NCBI GenBank assembly: GCA_964493485.1 | Contig: CAZBMQ010000003.1 | Location: 8,468-72,467 of the forward strand | From: an uncultured Candidatus Saccharibacteria bacterium | GTDB lineage: Bacteria > Patescibacteriota > Minisyncoccia > Minisyncoccales > JANBVM01 | DNA: 64,000 nt | Reading direction: 5' to 3' | Shown here: positions 39,622-48,028 of the stretch, piece after piece | Layout of the letters: each line of letters starts with the position of its first letter | How positions within the stretch are numbered: position 1 is the stretch's first letter | The notes under the pieces: model-generated | Told to the model about the DNA's origin: nothing | Seen by the model: the letters and a program-made list of their open reading frames with translations, nothing else | The model's database searches: none | Position numbers and translations under genes: made by a program

Positions 39622-40641
39622 TTAGGGTTTACAGCAATATACTTGAAAAAAATGATCAGCAGAACCTGAGGGAGTAATATATACTCCTTTCACATAATAT
39701 CCATCATTACATAGATGGGTGCCAGTAGAAGGATTAGAGGGTTCCCAATAACAATCGCTTGTTCCTAAATTTCCATGGATCACACCGGGACCCGTCACAC
39801 TTAAATCTCCTTCGTCAGACATCAAAATATGTGTTGTTTGAGGACACTGAACATTTTGTACCTCAAACTCACTAGAACCATATAGTCCACCGCCGAAATT
39901 GAATCGATCCCAGCATTTTGTTCCAATAGGTTCTGTGGCCAAATCACACTGAGAACATTCAAATCCAGAACCTGTATCGCAGGCGCATTGAGGACTCTCT
40001 AAACCCATAGATGAATTGCCCGTGGAAACATAACCTTTTTGGGTAGCATCTTTTGTTCCCTTTAAATCAAATTTAGCAGTAGGATTGGTTGTCCCAATAC
40101 CTAAACGTTTATTTGTATTATCCCAATATAAATTAGAATCTGAAGTAATGCTGTTCCCGCTATTAAAAAATGCAATTCTGTTGGCACTTCCGCTTCCCTC
40201 AATAGTACCCTTATCATCTGCGCAAATCCAGTTGTTGTTTGCGCTATCATATTTTAATATCTGATTGTTGCTACAATAAGCACCCGACGGTTGAATACCT
40301 CTTAGTCTGCCTTCTATAAAAACATCGCCTGAAGTCTTGATGCCCATTGGATTGCTTGCAGTGCCCACTGTTAAACCATAGGAGGAATCATAAGTCTCTC
40401 CTTCTGGAATTGAAATACCAAGCCATCCTTTATTGCTGTCATTAACATATCTCTTAACCTGACCAGTTCCTGTGGCATTTAGAGGAGGTGCCACATTACC
40501 TCCAGGCGGGTTTTGAGAAGGACCTGTCCAAGCAAAAATATATAAAACAGAAAGCAAAGAAAATATCAATACACCAATGCTAATAGGTATTAATTGGTTT
40601 TTGGTTTTCATATTCATATATTTTTCAATCAGCTTCCCCAA
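39622..40641 (-). CDS. Secreted tail-fibre-like protein (GIGTTNP motif) with a Cys-rich C-terminus
   Basis: N-terminal TM/signal. Motif NLYWDNTNKRLGIGTTNPTAKFDL, typical of phage tail-fibre-like proteins. C-terminal cluster CACDTGSGFECSQCD...VYCCKP. Confidence 0.5.
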   Translation of the reverse strand: MGKLIEKYMNMKTKNQLIPISIGVLIFSLLSVLYIFAWTGPSQNPPGGNVAPPLNATGTGQVKRYVNDSNKGWLGISIPEGETYDSSYGLTVGTASNPMGIKTSGDVFIEGRLRGIQPSGAYCSNNQILKYDSANNNWICADDKGTIEGSGSANRIAFFNSGNSITSDSNLYWDNTNKRLGIGTTNPTAKFDLKGTKDATQKGYVSTGNSSMGLESPQCACDTGSGFECSQCDLATEPIGTKCWDRFNFGGGLYGSSEFEVQNVQCPQTTHILMSDEGDLSVTGPGVIHGNLGTSDCYWEPSNPSTGTHLCNDGYYVKGVYITPSGSADHFFQVYCCKP

Positions 40642-40716
40642 ATAAGATAAGGCTCTTATTAGGGTTTGCTATTGTTAATTATTTTTTATTAAATTAATTT
40701 TTACCTTTGAAAGAAA

Positions 40717-42531
40717 TTAATACGGAGAAGCTTCCTGCCATTGAGGAAAAGATTTAGTAATATACAACTTGTATGAAACCTGGTCTGATCTTCCATTTTG
40801 GTCAACAACTGAGAGGGTAACAAGACCTGAATTAGAGCTTAAAGCTTCAAATGTAGCTGAAGGATTTTGGGCGTTGCTTGTAGATGGAGTACCGTCTGTA
40901 AATGTCCAGCTCCAAGAAGTAATAGGCCAGTAGCCGCCTGATGTGTTTTCAGAACCTGTGGAGGTGTCTTTGAAATACACCCTTGCTCCTTCTGATACCT
41001 TGAAACCATCACAGCTCTGCCAACCTGAGTCAGGTTTCAAGGAACATTCAAAGTCTGCGATGATGTCTTGTAAAATCTTAAAAGATTGATTGACAATATC
41101 TACTTCTCCAGCATAATCTTCTACATGCAATTCTGCATTATAGTCTCCTGAAGGAAAGTATGAAGGCATTGTCCAATTGCAAAGAGGATCAACAGTACAA
41201 TGTAGGGTGTCATTTGTCTCTCCTGTAATAATCCAGGTAGAGCTTGCAATATCTCCCTGACCATCAGGATCAGTAGAATCGTTTTTTAAACAAAAGAGAG
41301 AACGGGTATATCCAGTACAAGAACCCGGAGACTGACTGCAGCCTTCTGGATAACAAGTTATATCAGCTGTTGGGGGATTATTACCTCCTTCACCCTCAGT
41401 AACAATAATCTGTTGGGTACAGGTATCAGGACAATCTCCTGGAGTTTCAGACCAATCACCATAATCGTCTTGAACCCTTAATTTCGCGCAATAAGTCCCA
41501 GTGGCATTGTATGTATATTGAGCAGTATTTTCAGATGTAGTGATTTTATTAAAATTCCAACTACAGAGACCACAGGGACTGCAACTCTCCTCTGAATCGA
41601 GAGAAGAACAGTCTCTTGATGGACCCGTGCAAAATCCTGACACCTTGTCCCAAGAACATCCACAAGCCTCACATGCTGCTTGAGTTAAAGCTAAACCGCA
41701 AACAATACTTCCCTCACATGCTCCCTCGCCAGTATTAAACTCATATTGAACAATTGTTCCTGTTTCATCTTGATCATGGCCTGAACCAGTAAAATTAACC
41801 GTTAAAGGAGCGTCACCTGAAGAAGGATTGGCTATTAAAGAATCACACACCGGAGTAAGGTTAGTTGAGGGAAGATTCCATTCGGCAATTTTATAATTAG
41901 AAGTAGTACATTCCTCTTCATTTAAACAATTGAAGGAAATCCACCCAAAATCATCTGACCATGCCCAACCTTCGAATTCACCTGTATCTCTATTAATCAC
42001 AAGATTAGGATCTGCATTTAAGCTTATCCATCCATCCCATTCTCCCGCATCGGGATTTAAAGGACCACTGCACCCTGATTGAAAAACATAGCAAGCTCTT
42101 GCCCAACCACCAACAGGTTCTTCCGGGTCTGTCTTCATGGAGCTGGTATAAGCCTGACAGGGCGAAGAAGGACATCCTGCCAACTCAGACTCATTAAATG
42201 TTATCCATCCAATATTATCTGACCAGGCATAACCCTGTAAAAGACCAGGACAATATGGAGGAATCCCACCTAATGCTTCGTAGTCAATTTTTACTCCATA
42301 CTCAACAGAAGAACCATCTGTTTCACTGCTAAAGCTTATCCATCCAATATTGTCTGACCAAGCCCATCCATGAACCTCAACCAAACCTACACATTCTTCG
42401 CTTGGAGGAGGACCGGGAGGACCCAAGTCTCCTTTTGTTCTTGTTGCCGTTAAAATTAGTGCTCCGCAGACAACTAACAGAAATATTTTAATAAGTTGTC
42501 TTTTCTTAATAAAAGAAGAATTTTTAAACAT
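40717..42531 (-). CDS. Giant secreted surface protein: WSDxxGWISF repeat region, split PKD domain with a Cys-rich insertion, C-terminal PKD module
   Basis: Signal peptide. Three repeats (GWAWSDNIGWISF, YAWSDNIGWITF, GWAWSDDFGWISFNC). PKD blocks paralogous to 32317..34845 (GTYCAKLRVQDDYGDWSETPGDCP vs GTFCAKLRVQDNDGNWSGDPGNCP). Identical C-terminal 103 aa. Confidence 0.65.
   Translation of the reverse strand: MFKNSSFIKKRQLIKIFLLVVCGALILTATRTKGDLGPPGPPPSEECVGLVEVHGWAWSDNIGWISFSSETDGSSVEYGVKIDYEALGGIPPYCPGLLQGYAWSDNIGWITFNESELAGCPSSPCQAYTSSMKTDPEEPVGGWARACYVFQSGCSGPLNPDAGEWDGWISLNADPNLVINRDTGEFEGWAWSDDFGWISFNCLNEEECTTSNYKIAEWNLPSTNLTPVCDSLIANPSSGDAPLTVNFTGSGHDQDETGTIVQYEFNTGEGACEGSIVCGLALTQAACEACGCSWDKVSGFCTGPSRDCSSLDSEESCSPCGLCSWNFNKITTSENTAQYTYNATGTYCAKLRVQDDYGDWSETPGDCPDTCTQQIIVTEGEGGNNPPTADITCYPEGCSQSPGSCTGYTRSLFCLKNDSTDPDGQGDIASSTWIITGETNDTLHCTVDPLCNWTMPSYFPSGDYNAELHVEDYAGEVDIVNQSFKILQDIIADFECSLKPDSGWQSCDGFKVSEGARVYFKDTSTGSENTSGGYWPITSWSWTFTDGTPSTSNAQNPSATFEALSSNSGLVTLSVVDQNGRSDQVSYKLYITKSFPQWQEASPY
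40762..41070. repeat. 309-bp perfect direct repeat, copy B
   Basis: Identical to 32359..32667. Confidence 0.85.
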
Positions 42532-42541
42532 CTTAAATTAA

Positions 42542-43351
42542 TTATAACAAAAGATTAAAGTAAAGATTAATTAATTTATCTCCATAGAAAAAAGCCAAAA
42601 AAGTTCCTGTGATTAAAAATGGAGCAAACGGAATTTCTGATTTTAATTTCTTTTTACCAAGAAAAATTAATATTATACCTATTATAGCCCCTATAAAAAA
42701 ACTTAAAAAAATAGCCACCGCAATCCTTGGAAACCCCAGAAAAATACCCATAAAAAAGGCTAATTTCACATCACCCATACCCATTCCTTTTCCTCGAGAA
42801 ATAAAAACTATTGCCAAAAAAAATAGACTTGCTCCAATACCTGAGAAAAGAATATTAAATATATTGTATTTAAAAAAAGGAGAAAAGAAAATCCTTGAAA
42901 TTAAATACCACACAGCAGTCGTCAAAACAGCGGGATAGATTACTCTATCTGGAATAATATAATACTTTACATCATAAACAAAAATGACAATCAGAAAACA
43001 ACAAATAATAAATAAAAAAAAGAGGTCTAAAACCCAAAAAAGAACAGGGATAGAAAATAATGATTCTATGTTTTTTAAAAAAATAAAAGAAAATAAAAGC
43101 CCTGTTGATAACTCCACTAAGGGATATTGAATAGAGATAGGCTTTTGGCAATACCTACATCTTCCTTTTAAGATAATAAAACTTAAAATAGGAATCAAAT
43201 CAATGGCATGTAAGGTATGACCGCAATAAGGGCAGTAAGATCTTTTGGATAGAAAGCTTTGTTTTTTAGAAAGTCTATATATAACGCAGTTCAAAAAAGA
43301 ACCAATTATCAATCCAAATATAAAAATGAAAAATGAAAAGAAAATATTCAT
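42542..43351 (-). CDS. pilD: Prepilin peptidase (A24 family, PilD)
   Basis: N-terminal Zn-finger CPYCGHTL...CRYCQKPI. Catalytic-Asp region [16 protein letters not shown]. Polytopic, 269 aa. Confidence 0.85.
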   Translation of the reverse strand: MNIFFSFFIFIFGLIIGSFLNCVIYRLSKKQSFLSKRSYCPYCGHTLHAIDLIPILSFIILKGRCRYCQKPISIQYPLVELSTGLLFSFIFLKNIESLFSIPVLFWVLDLFFLFIICCFLIVIFVYDVKYYIIPDRVIYPAVLTTAVWYLISRIFFSPFFKYNIFNILFSGIGASLFFLAIVFISRGKGMGMGDVKLAFFMGIFLGFPRIAVAIFLSFFIGAIIGIILIFLGKKKLKSEIPFAPFLITGTFLAFFYGDKLINLYFNLLL

Positions 43352-43390
43352 TTTAAAATATCTACTATCTCAATTTCTTTTTATAAAAAA

Positions 43391-43924
43391 CTAAAAACAG
43401 GTACAGCTACCCATTACACTGGGTTCTTCTTCTAACTCACACTTTTTTGTTCCTTTATGGGAAGCACAAAAATATACCTTATTACCAGGAGTTGCAGGTT
43501 CTTCTTCTAATATAGCGTAAGCGCAAAACCAATCTCCAGCAGAAAGACTGCCAAGATCCGGATCACTGCATAATATGTTGAAGCGGTTATCTACCCATAC
43601 ATAATCAGTACATGCCTCTCCCGGACATTGCGGATCATGCAAGGGGCTCAGATAACGATAAATCGCAGGAACTCCTCCCTCTTCTGGGGGAGCGGCAGTA
43701 AAATATCTATCGTTAAAGCCAAAGTATATTCCTTGAGCTGAAACCAATTGTCTCATATCTGACTGTCTCATCGCATCTCTTGCGCTGCTTCTTGCTCCTT
43801 TTAAATATGTAAAAACCACAGTAGAAAGTGTTCCAATAATAGCAATAACAACCAATAGCTCGATCAAAGTAAAACCTTTAAGTTTTTTAATCCTAAAGTG
43901 TTTGCTTCTTAATACTTGCATCAT
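43391..43924 (-). CDS. Type IV pilin (major pilin paralog 3)
   Basis: [22 protein letters not shown] class III signal. C-terminal Cys pairs consistent with a D-region disulfide. Confidence 0.8.
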   Translation of the reverse strand: MMQVLRSKHFRIKKLKGFTLIELLVVIAIIGTLSTVVFTYLKGARSSARDAMRQSDMRQLVSAQGIYFGFNDRYFTAAPPEEGGVPAIYRYLSPLHDPQCPGEACTDYVWVDNRFNILCSDPDLGSLSAGDWFCAYAILEEEPATPGNKVYFCASHKGTKKCELEEEPSVMGSCTCF

Positions 43925-44029
43925 ATAATTTAAAAAATTAATAAGTTTTAAAAATAGGCCTTTATTGTGTTTATTATATTATAATTTAAAAAAACAAGCG
44001 AGAAAAAAACTGAAAAACTATATCTTAAC

Positions 44030-44557
44030 TTACATTGCAAATTTAATACAACTACTTAATGTTGGAAGATGGCCTGCTGTATATGTCTCATCAGAACATA
44101 CTTCCTTAACCCCTCTATTTGAACTTACAAAATACCGGTGGGAAGTAGGACATCCCTCAAGATTTTCTAATTCTGCAAAAACACAAAACACATCACTTGT
44201 TGTAGCAGTTTCTGTATTGTCTAACCATATATAATCTATATGATTGGAACAGACTCCATCAGGACATAGTGGATCATGTAAGCCTATCAGATAGTTTCCA
44301 ATAGGAGGAGTTCCATCTGTTTTCTCAGTATTCTCAAAATATGTCTCATTGTCTATATAATACATTTCCTGCGCTGTAGCCAATTGTCTCATATCTGTCA
44401 TTCTATTTGTATCTCTTGCTCTCCTTCTTGCCCCTCCCAAAGACACCAAAACAATTCCAGATAAGGTTCCAATAATAGCAATAACAACCAATAGCTCAAT
44501 CAAAGTAAAACCTTTTTCTTTTTTAAGCCTTAAAAATCTCCATTTCAAGGTCTCCAT
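44030..44557 (-). CDS. Type IV pilin (major pilin paralog 2)
   Basis: [30 protein letters not shown]. The N-terminal coding DNA is identical to paralog 1 over 102 bp. Confidence 0.8.
   Translation of the reverse strand: METLKWRFLRLKKEKGFTLIELLVVIAIIGTLSGIVLVSLGGARRRARDTNRMTDMRQLATAQEMYYIDNETYFENTEKTDGTPPIGNYLIGLHDPLCPDGVCSNHIDYIWLDNTETATTSDVFCVFAELENLEGCPTSHRYFVSSNRGVKEVCSDETYTAGHLPTLSSCIKFAM
44427..44528. repeat. 102-bp perfect repeat (pilin 5' coding segment), copy 1
   Basis: Identical to 45103..45204 by direct reading. A near-identical shorter segment lies in the third pilin at ~43836-43885. Confidence 0.8.
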
Positions 44558-44625
44558 AAATAAAAATACATATAAAACTTATTTTATTAATTATACTAAA
44601 AAGTACGGAGAAAAATAAAGTTAAA

Positions 44626-44656
44626 TTGGCGGGTTTTTGCCCGCCAATTTTTCTCT
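44626..44656 (-). terminator. Putative terminator hairpin (ttggcggg-tttttg-cccgccaa) between pilin genes
   Basis: 8-bp GC-rich stem with A/T-rich flanks on both strands. Downstream of the pilin at 44700..45206. Confidence 0.35.
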
Positions 44657-44699
44657 CCATGATAACTGATTTTCAAAACTATCTACCTCCTAATCTAAA

Positions 44700-45206
44700 C
44701 TACAGATTAAAGTCACGACAATTTGCTAATGTGGGGCAATTTGCAGTATCATCCCGTGCAGTATCACTACAAACTTCTTGGACTCCTTTATCAGAAGCAA
44801 CATAGTATCGGTAGTTTGTAGTACAGCTTCCAAGGTTTTCTAATCTAGCAAAGGCGCAAAAACTAGTTGTAGCGGTAGTACCGTTGTTAACCCACACATA
44901 ATCTACATGAGTAGTACAAGTACCACCAGGACATTGTGGATCATGTAAAGCAACTAAATAATTTCCAATTGCAGGAATACCTGCTGTACAACTGCCTGGA
45001 GTTCCATTAGCATAATATCCTTCATGATCTCCATAATACATCTCTTGAGCAGTAGTTACTTGTCTCATATCAGACTGTCTGTTTGCATCCCTTGCCTTAC
45101 TCCTTGCCCCTCCCAAAGACACCAAAACAATTCCAGATAAGGTTCCAATAATAGCAATAACAACCAATAGCTCAATCAAAGTAAAACCTTTTTCTTTTTT
45201 AAGCAT
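44700..45206 (-). CDS. Type IV pilin (major pilin paralog 1)
   Basis: [50 protein letters not shown]-terminal Cys residues. Confidence 0.8.
   Translation of the reverse strand: MLKKEKGFTLIELLVVIAIIGTLSGIVLVSLGGARSKARDANRQSDMRQVTTAQEMYYGDHEGYYANGTPGSCTAGIPAIGNYLVALHDPQCPGGTCTTHVDYVWVNNGTTATTSFCAFARLENLGSCTTNYRYYVASDKGVQEVCSDTARDDTANCPTLANCRDFNL
45103..45204. repeat. 102-bp perfect repeat (pilin 5' coding segment), copy 2
   Basis: Identical to 44427..44528. Confidence 0.8.
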
Positions 45207-45305
45207 GATAAATTATTAGTATAATAATTTCATAATTAATGTTTTACATTTTCGACCTTTTATCTTTTTTATCTATTTTTTATTTTAGCATAATTTTTAA
45301 AAAAC

Positions 45306-46508
45306 CTAAATAGACATCATCTGATACATAGGCATTAGTATTGAAAACATTAATCCTCCTACTATCAAACCTAAAGAAACAATCAATAAAGGCTCCAATA
45401 TTCCCAACATAGCAACCACACCTTCCTCCACCTCTCTCCTGTAAAAAAGAGCTATCTTCATTAAGCTGGTGTCTAATGTTCCTGTCTTTTCACCTACCAA
45501 TGCCATCTGAACAAACACAGGAGGAAAAATTTCTGGATAAAGAGCCAAAATAGAAGAAATAGGCACACCCCTTCTTACTTCATCTTTGGTCTTTAGAATA
45601 GCTTTTTTGTACATAGAATTTCCAACCACATCAGCTGATAACTCTAAGGCCTGGGCTATCATTATTCCTCCTGAAATCAAAGTGGAAAGATTCTCAGCTA
45701 ATCGGGCTAAATACATTGTTTTCATCACTGTACCTATAACTGGAATTTTAAGAAGAATCCTGTCTATAACATCTTTTCCCTGCTCTGTTTTATAAATTCT
45801 ATAAAGAACAAACAAAAAGACAAAAACTCCCAATATAAAAAAGAAGCCGTAGTCTTTTAAAAAACCTGCAGCTTTCAATATCTTCATTGTAAATTCCGGC
45901 ACCTCTGCTCCGCTTTCTTCAAGCACTGTCTGAAATTGGGGGATTACAGTATAAATCATCAAAATTATAACAAAGCTCACCAGCATAAGAATAAAAATTG
46001 GATATACCATAGCTCCCTTTATCTTTGAAGCCAACTGATATTGTCTTTCTAAATAGTCTGCCAAGTAATTTAATGACTCTGCCAATTTTCCTGAAGCTTC
46101 ACCTGATTTTATCATAGAGATATATAGGTCAGAAAAAATCTCAGGATAGCGGGAAAGAGCCTTAGACAAAGCTGTTCCTCCTTCAACATCTTCTGAAATA
46201 TTTAGAATCTTCTCTCTAAAATCTGCATTTTTTGTCTGACTTGATAAAACCCTCAAACTTTCCACTAAAGGAACCTTTGCATTAAACATCATTGCCAATT
46301 GTCGTGAAAAGATAACAATATCTTTTTGAGATATTCTACTGAAAAACTCTAACTTCTTTGCATAAAATGGAAGTTTTTCTTCCTCTAAGTATGTAACATA
46401 AAATCCATGCTTCTGTAAAAGTGAAAGAGCTGCATCTTTTGAAGAAGCTTCTACAATTCCAGCCCGAACATCTCCTTCTTTAGTTCTGGCTTGATAATTA
46501 AATTTCAT
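45306..46508 (-). CDS. pilC: Type IV pilus inner-membrane platform protein PilC (GspF family)
   Basis: Two GspF repeats, 3 TM segments, 400 aa, adjacent to pilT/pilB. Confidence 0.9.
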   Translation of the reverse strand: MKFNYQARTKEGDVRAGIVEASSKDAALSLLQKHGFYVTYLEEEKLPFYAKKLEFFSRISQKDIVIFSRQLAMMFNAKVPLVESLRVLSSQTKNADFREKILNISEDVEGGTALSKALSRYPEIFSDLYISMIKSGEASGKLAESLNYLADYLERQYQLASKIKGAMVYPIFILMLVSFVIILMIYTVIPQFQTVLEESGAEVPEFTMKILKAAGFLKDYGFFFILGVFVFLFVLYRIYKTEQGKDVIDRILLKIPVIGTVMKTMYLARLAENLSTLISGGIMIAQALELSADVVGNSMYKKAILKTKDEVRRGVPISSILALYPEIFPPVFVQMALVGEKTGTLDTSLMKIALFYRREVEEGVVAMLGILEPLLIVSLGLIVGGLMFSILMPMYQMMSI

Positions 46509-46522
46509 TTATAAACAAAAGT

Positions 46523-47593
46523 TTAATGCCGAATGAGTATTCTTAATTCATTAGGAGACAGAGAATAAGAAAGAGCTGTTTCTAAAGAAACCTCTTTTCT
46601 TTTAACTAAATCTGCTAAAGACCGATTAAGAGAAATCATACCTAACTCAAGATTGGTTTCAATTACCATTGGAATCTCATGGATTTTATTTTCCCTGATT
46701 AAGTTTGCTACAGCTGGAGTAGCAATCATTACCTCACATGCAGGAATCAATCCGCCTTTGATTCTGGGTACTAGTCTTTGAGACACAACCCCTAAAAGAG
46801 AACCTGAAAGCTGGGCCCTTATTTGGTCCTGCTGTTGAGAAGGAAAAGAGTCTACAATTCTGTGAATCGTTTGAGCTGCGGAGTTAGTGTGTAATGTGGC
46901 AAACACCAAATGACCTGTCTCTGCAGCAGTAATAGCTGTAGCCATTGTTTCTGGATCTCTCATCTCTCCTACCATAATCACATCTGGATCCTGCCTAAAG
47001 GTTGAACGGAGTGCAGTAGAAAAGCTCATTGTATCCTGACCCACCTCTCTCTGGTCTATAATTGCTTTGTCTGGAGTAAACACATATTCAATAGGATCCT
47101 CAATCGTCACAATATGGTCAGTCCTTGTATGATTAATTTCATCAATCAATGCCGCCAAAGTAGTAGATTTTCCTTGAGATGAAGGTCCGCATATTAATAC
47201 AAAACCTTGGGTAGGTTTGGTAAATTCATACAACACAGGGGGGAGATTAAGTTCTGTAATAGTGCGAATTTTAGCAGGAATTAATCTCAAAGCGCAAGAA
47301 ATGTATCCTTTTTGAAAAAATATATTTACCCTAAACCGCGCTTCTTCTCCGAATTTATAAGAAAAATCTATCTCCTTCTCCTTCAAAAATCTCTCTTTTT
47401 GCGCTACATTCATTAATGTAAAAGCTAAATTCTCTGTATCTTCTGGAGAAAACTTCTCTTCTTTTACCAATGGAACAAGCTCTCCTGCAATCCTCAATAC
47501 TGGAGGATGTCCTACTGAAATATGCAAATCAGAAGCCTGTTCTTTTATGGTTAAGGCAAGCAATTTTCTAAGCTGACTCAAATAGTTTGGCAT
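46523..47593 (-). CDS. pilT: Type IV pilus retraction ATPase PilT
   Basis: LICGPSSQGKSTTLAALID (Walker A), DHIVTIEDPIEYVF, Asp and His boxes. 356 aa and no N-terminal GSPII_E_N domain, as expected for PilT rather than PilB. Confidence 0.85.
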   Translation of the reverse strand: MPNYLSQLRKLLALTIKEQASDLHISVGHPPVLRIAGELVPLVKEEKFSPEDTENLAFTLMNVAQKERFLKEKEIDFSYKFGEEARFRVNIFFQKGYISCALRLIPAKIRTITELNLPPVLYEFTKPTQGFVLICGPSSQGKSTTLAALIDEINHTRTDHIVTIEDPIEYVFTPDKAIIDQREVGQDTMSFSTALRSTFRQDPDVIMVGEMRDPETMATAITAAETGHLVFATLHTNSAAQTIHRIVDSFPSQQQDQIRAQLSGSLLGVVSQRLVPRIKGGLIPACEVMIATPAVANLIRENKIHEIPMVIETNLELGMISLNRSLADLVKRKEVSLETALSYSLSPNELRILIRH

Positions 47594-47620
47594 AAATTTA
47601 TCAAATTATTATTTTATAAT

Positions 47621-47989
47621 CTAATCTTTTAATACCTTTTTAATTTCATCTACCACCTCTGCTGGAGTATAATGGGCTTTGATAAAATATTTTACTACTC
47701 CCATTTCCAAGCCTTTCTCAACTTCCTCTTTCTGACCAAGATTAGAAAGAATAAAAACCTTTAAATCTTTTAACTTCTTGTCTTTTTCAATTTCTTTTAA
47801 AATCTGCCAACCATCAATATGAGGAAGAACAATATCCAATACCAATAAATCAAAATGTTTTTCCTTTAATTTTTTCAAACCTTCCAATCCATCAGTAGCA
47901 ACATCTACATCAAAACCCATTTCTTTCAATTTTGTGTGATAAATATCTACTAAAAATGGGTCGTCTTCAATTACTAAAATATGCTTCAT
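47621..47989 (-). CDS. Stand-alone CheY-like response-regulator receiver (PilH/PilG-like)
   Basis: MKHILVIEDDPFLVDIY...DLLVLDIVLPHIDGWQIL...KVFILSN; 122 aa, receiver domain only. Confidence 0.8.
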   Translation of the reverse strand: MKHILVIEDDPFLVDIYHTKLKEMGFDVDVATDGLEGLKKLKEKHFDLLVLDIVLPHIDGWQILKEIEKDKKLKDLKVFILSNLGQKEEVEKGLEMGVVKYFIKAHYTPAEVVDEIKKVLKD

Positions 47990-48028
47990 ATTAATAGAAA
48001 GAAGTTAATTATTAATTATATTTAATTA

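Noticed and set aside
39615-40716. Repeated ctcttattagggttt at 39617-39631 and 40657-40671, considered as a REP-like or terminator element
   Set aside because: The first copy is simply the stop-codon context (…CCKP*) of the tail-fibre-like gene. The second would encode a similar …KP** terminus. It is better explained as a relic of a paralogous 3' end than as a dedicated repeat element.
32359-41070. Considered whether the 309-bp repeat pair is a diversity-generating retroelement template/variable-repeat pair
   Set aside because: The two copies are 100% identical, with no adenine-specific mismatches. Both lie inside protein-coding genes. No reverse transcriptase ORF is visible anywhere in the window. 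Gene conversion of a shared domain is the simpler explanation.
43391-45206. Considered a CRISPR array or other non-coding repeat array, based on the repeated ~100-bp segments
   Set aside because: The repeats are the conserved N-terminal coding regions of three paralogous pilin genes, with long, unique, coding 'spacers'. There are no short regularly spaced direct repeats. No cas genes are present.
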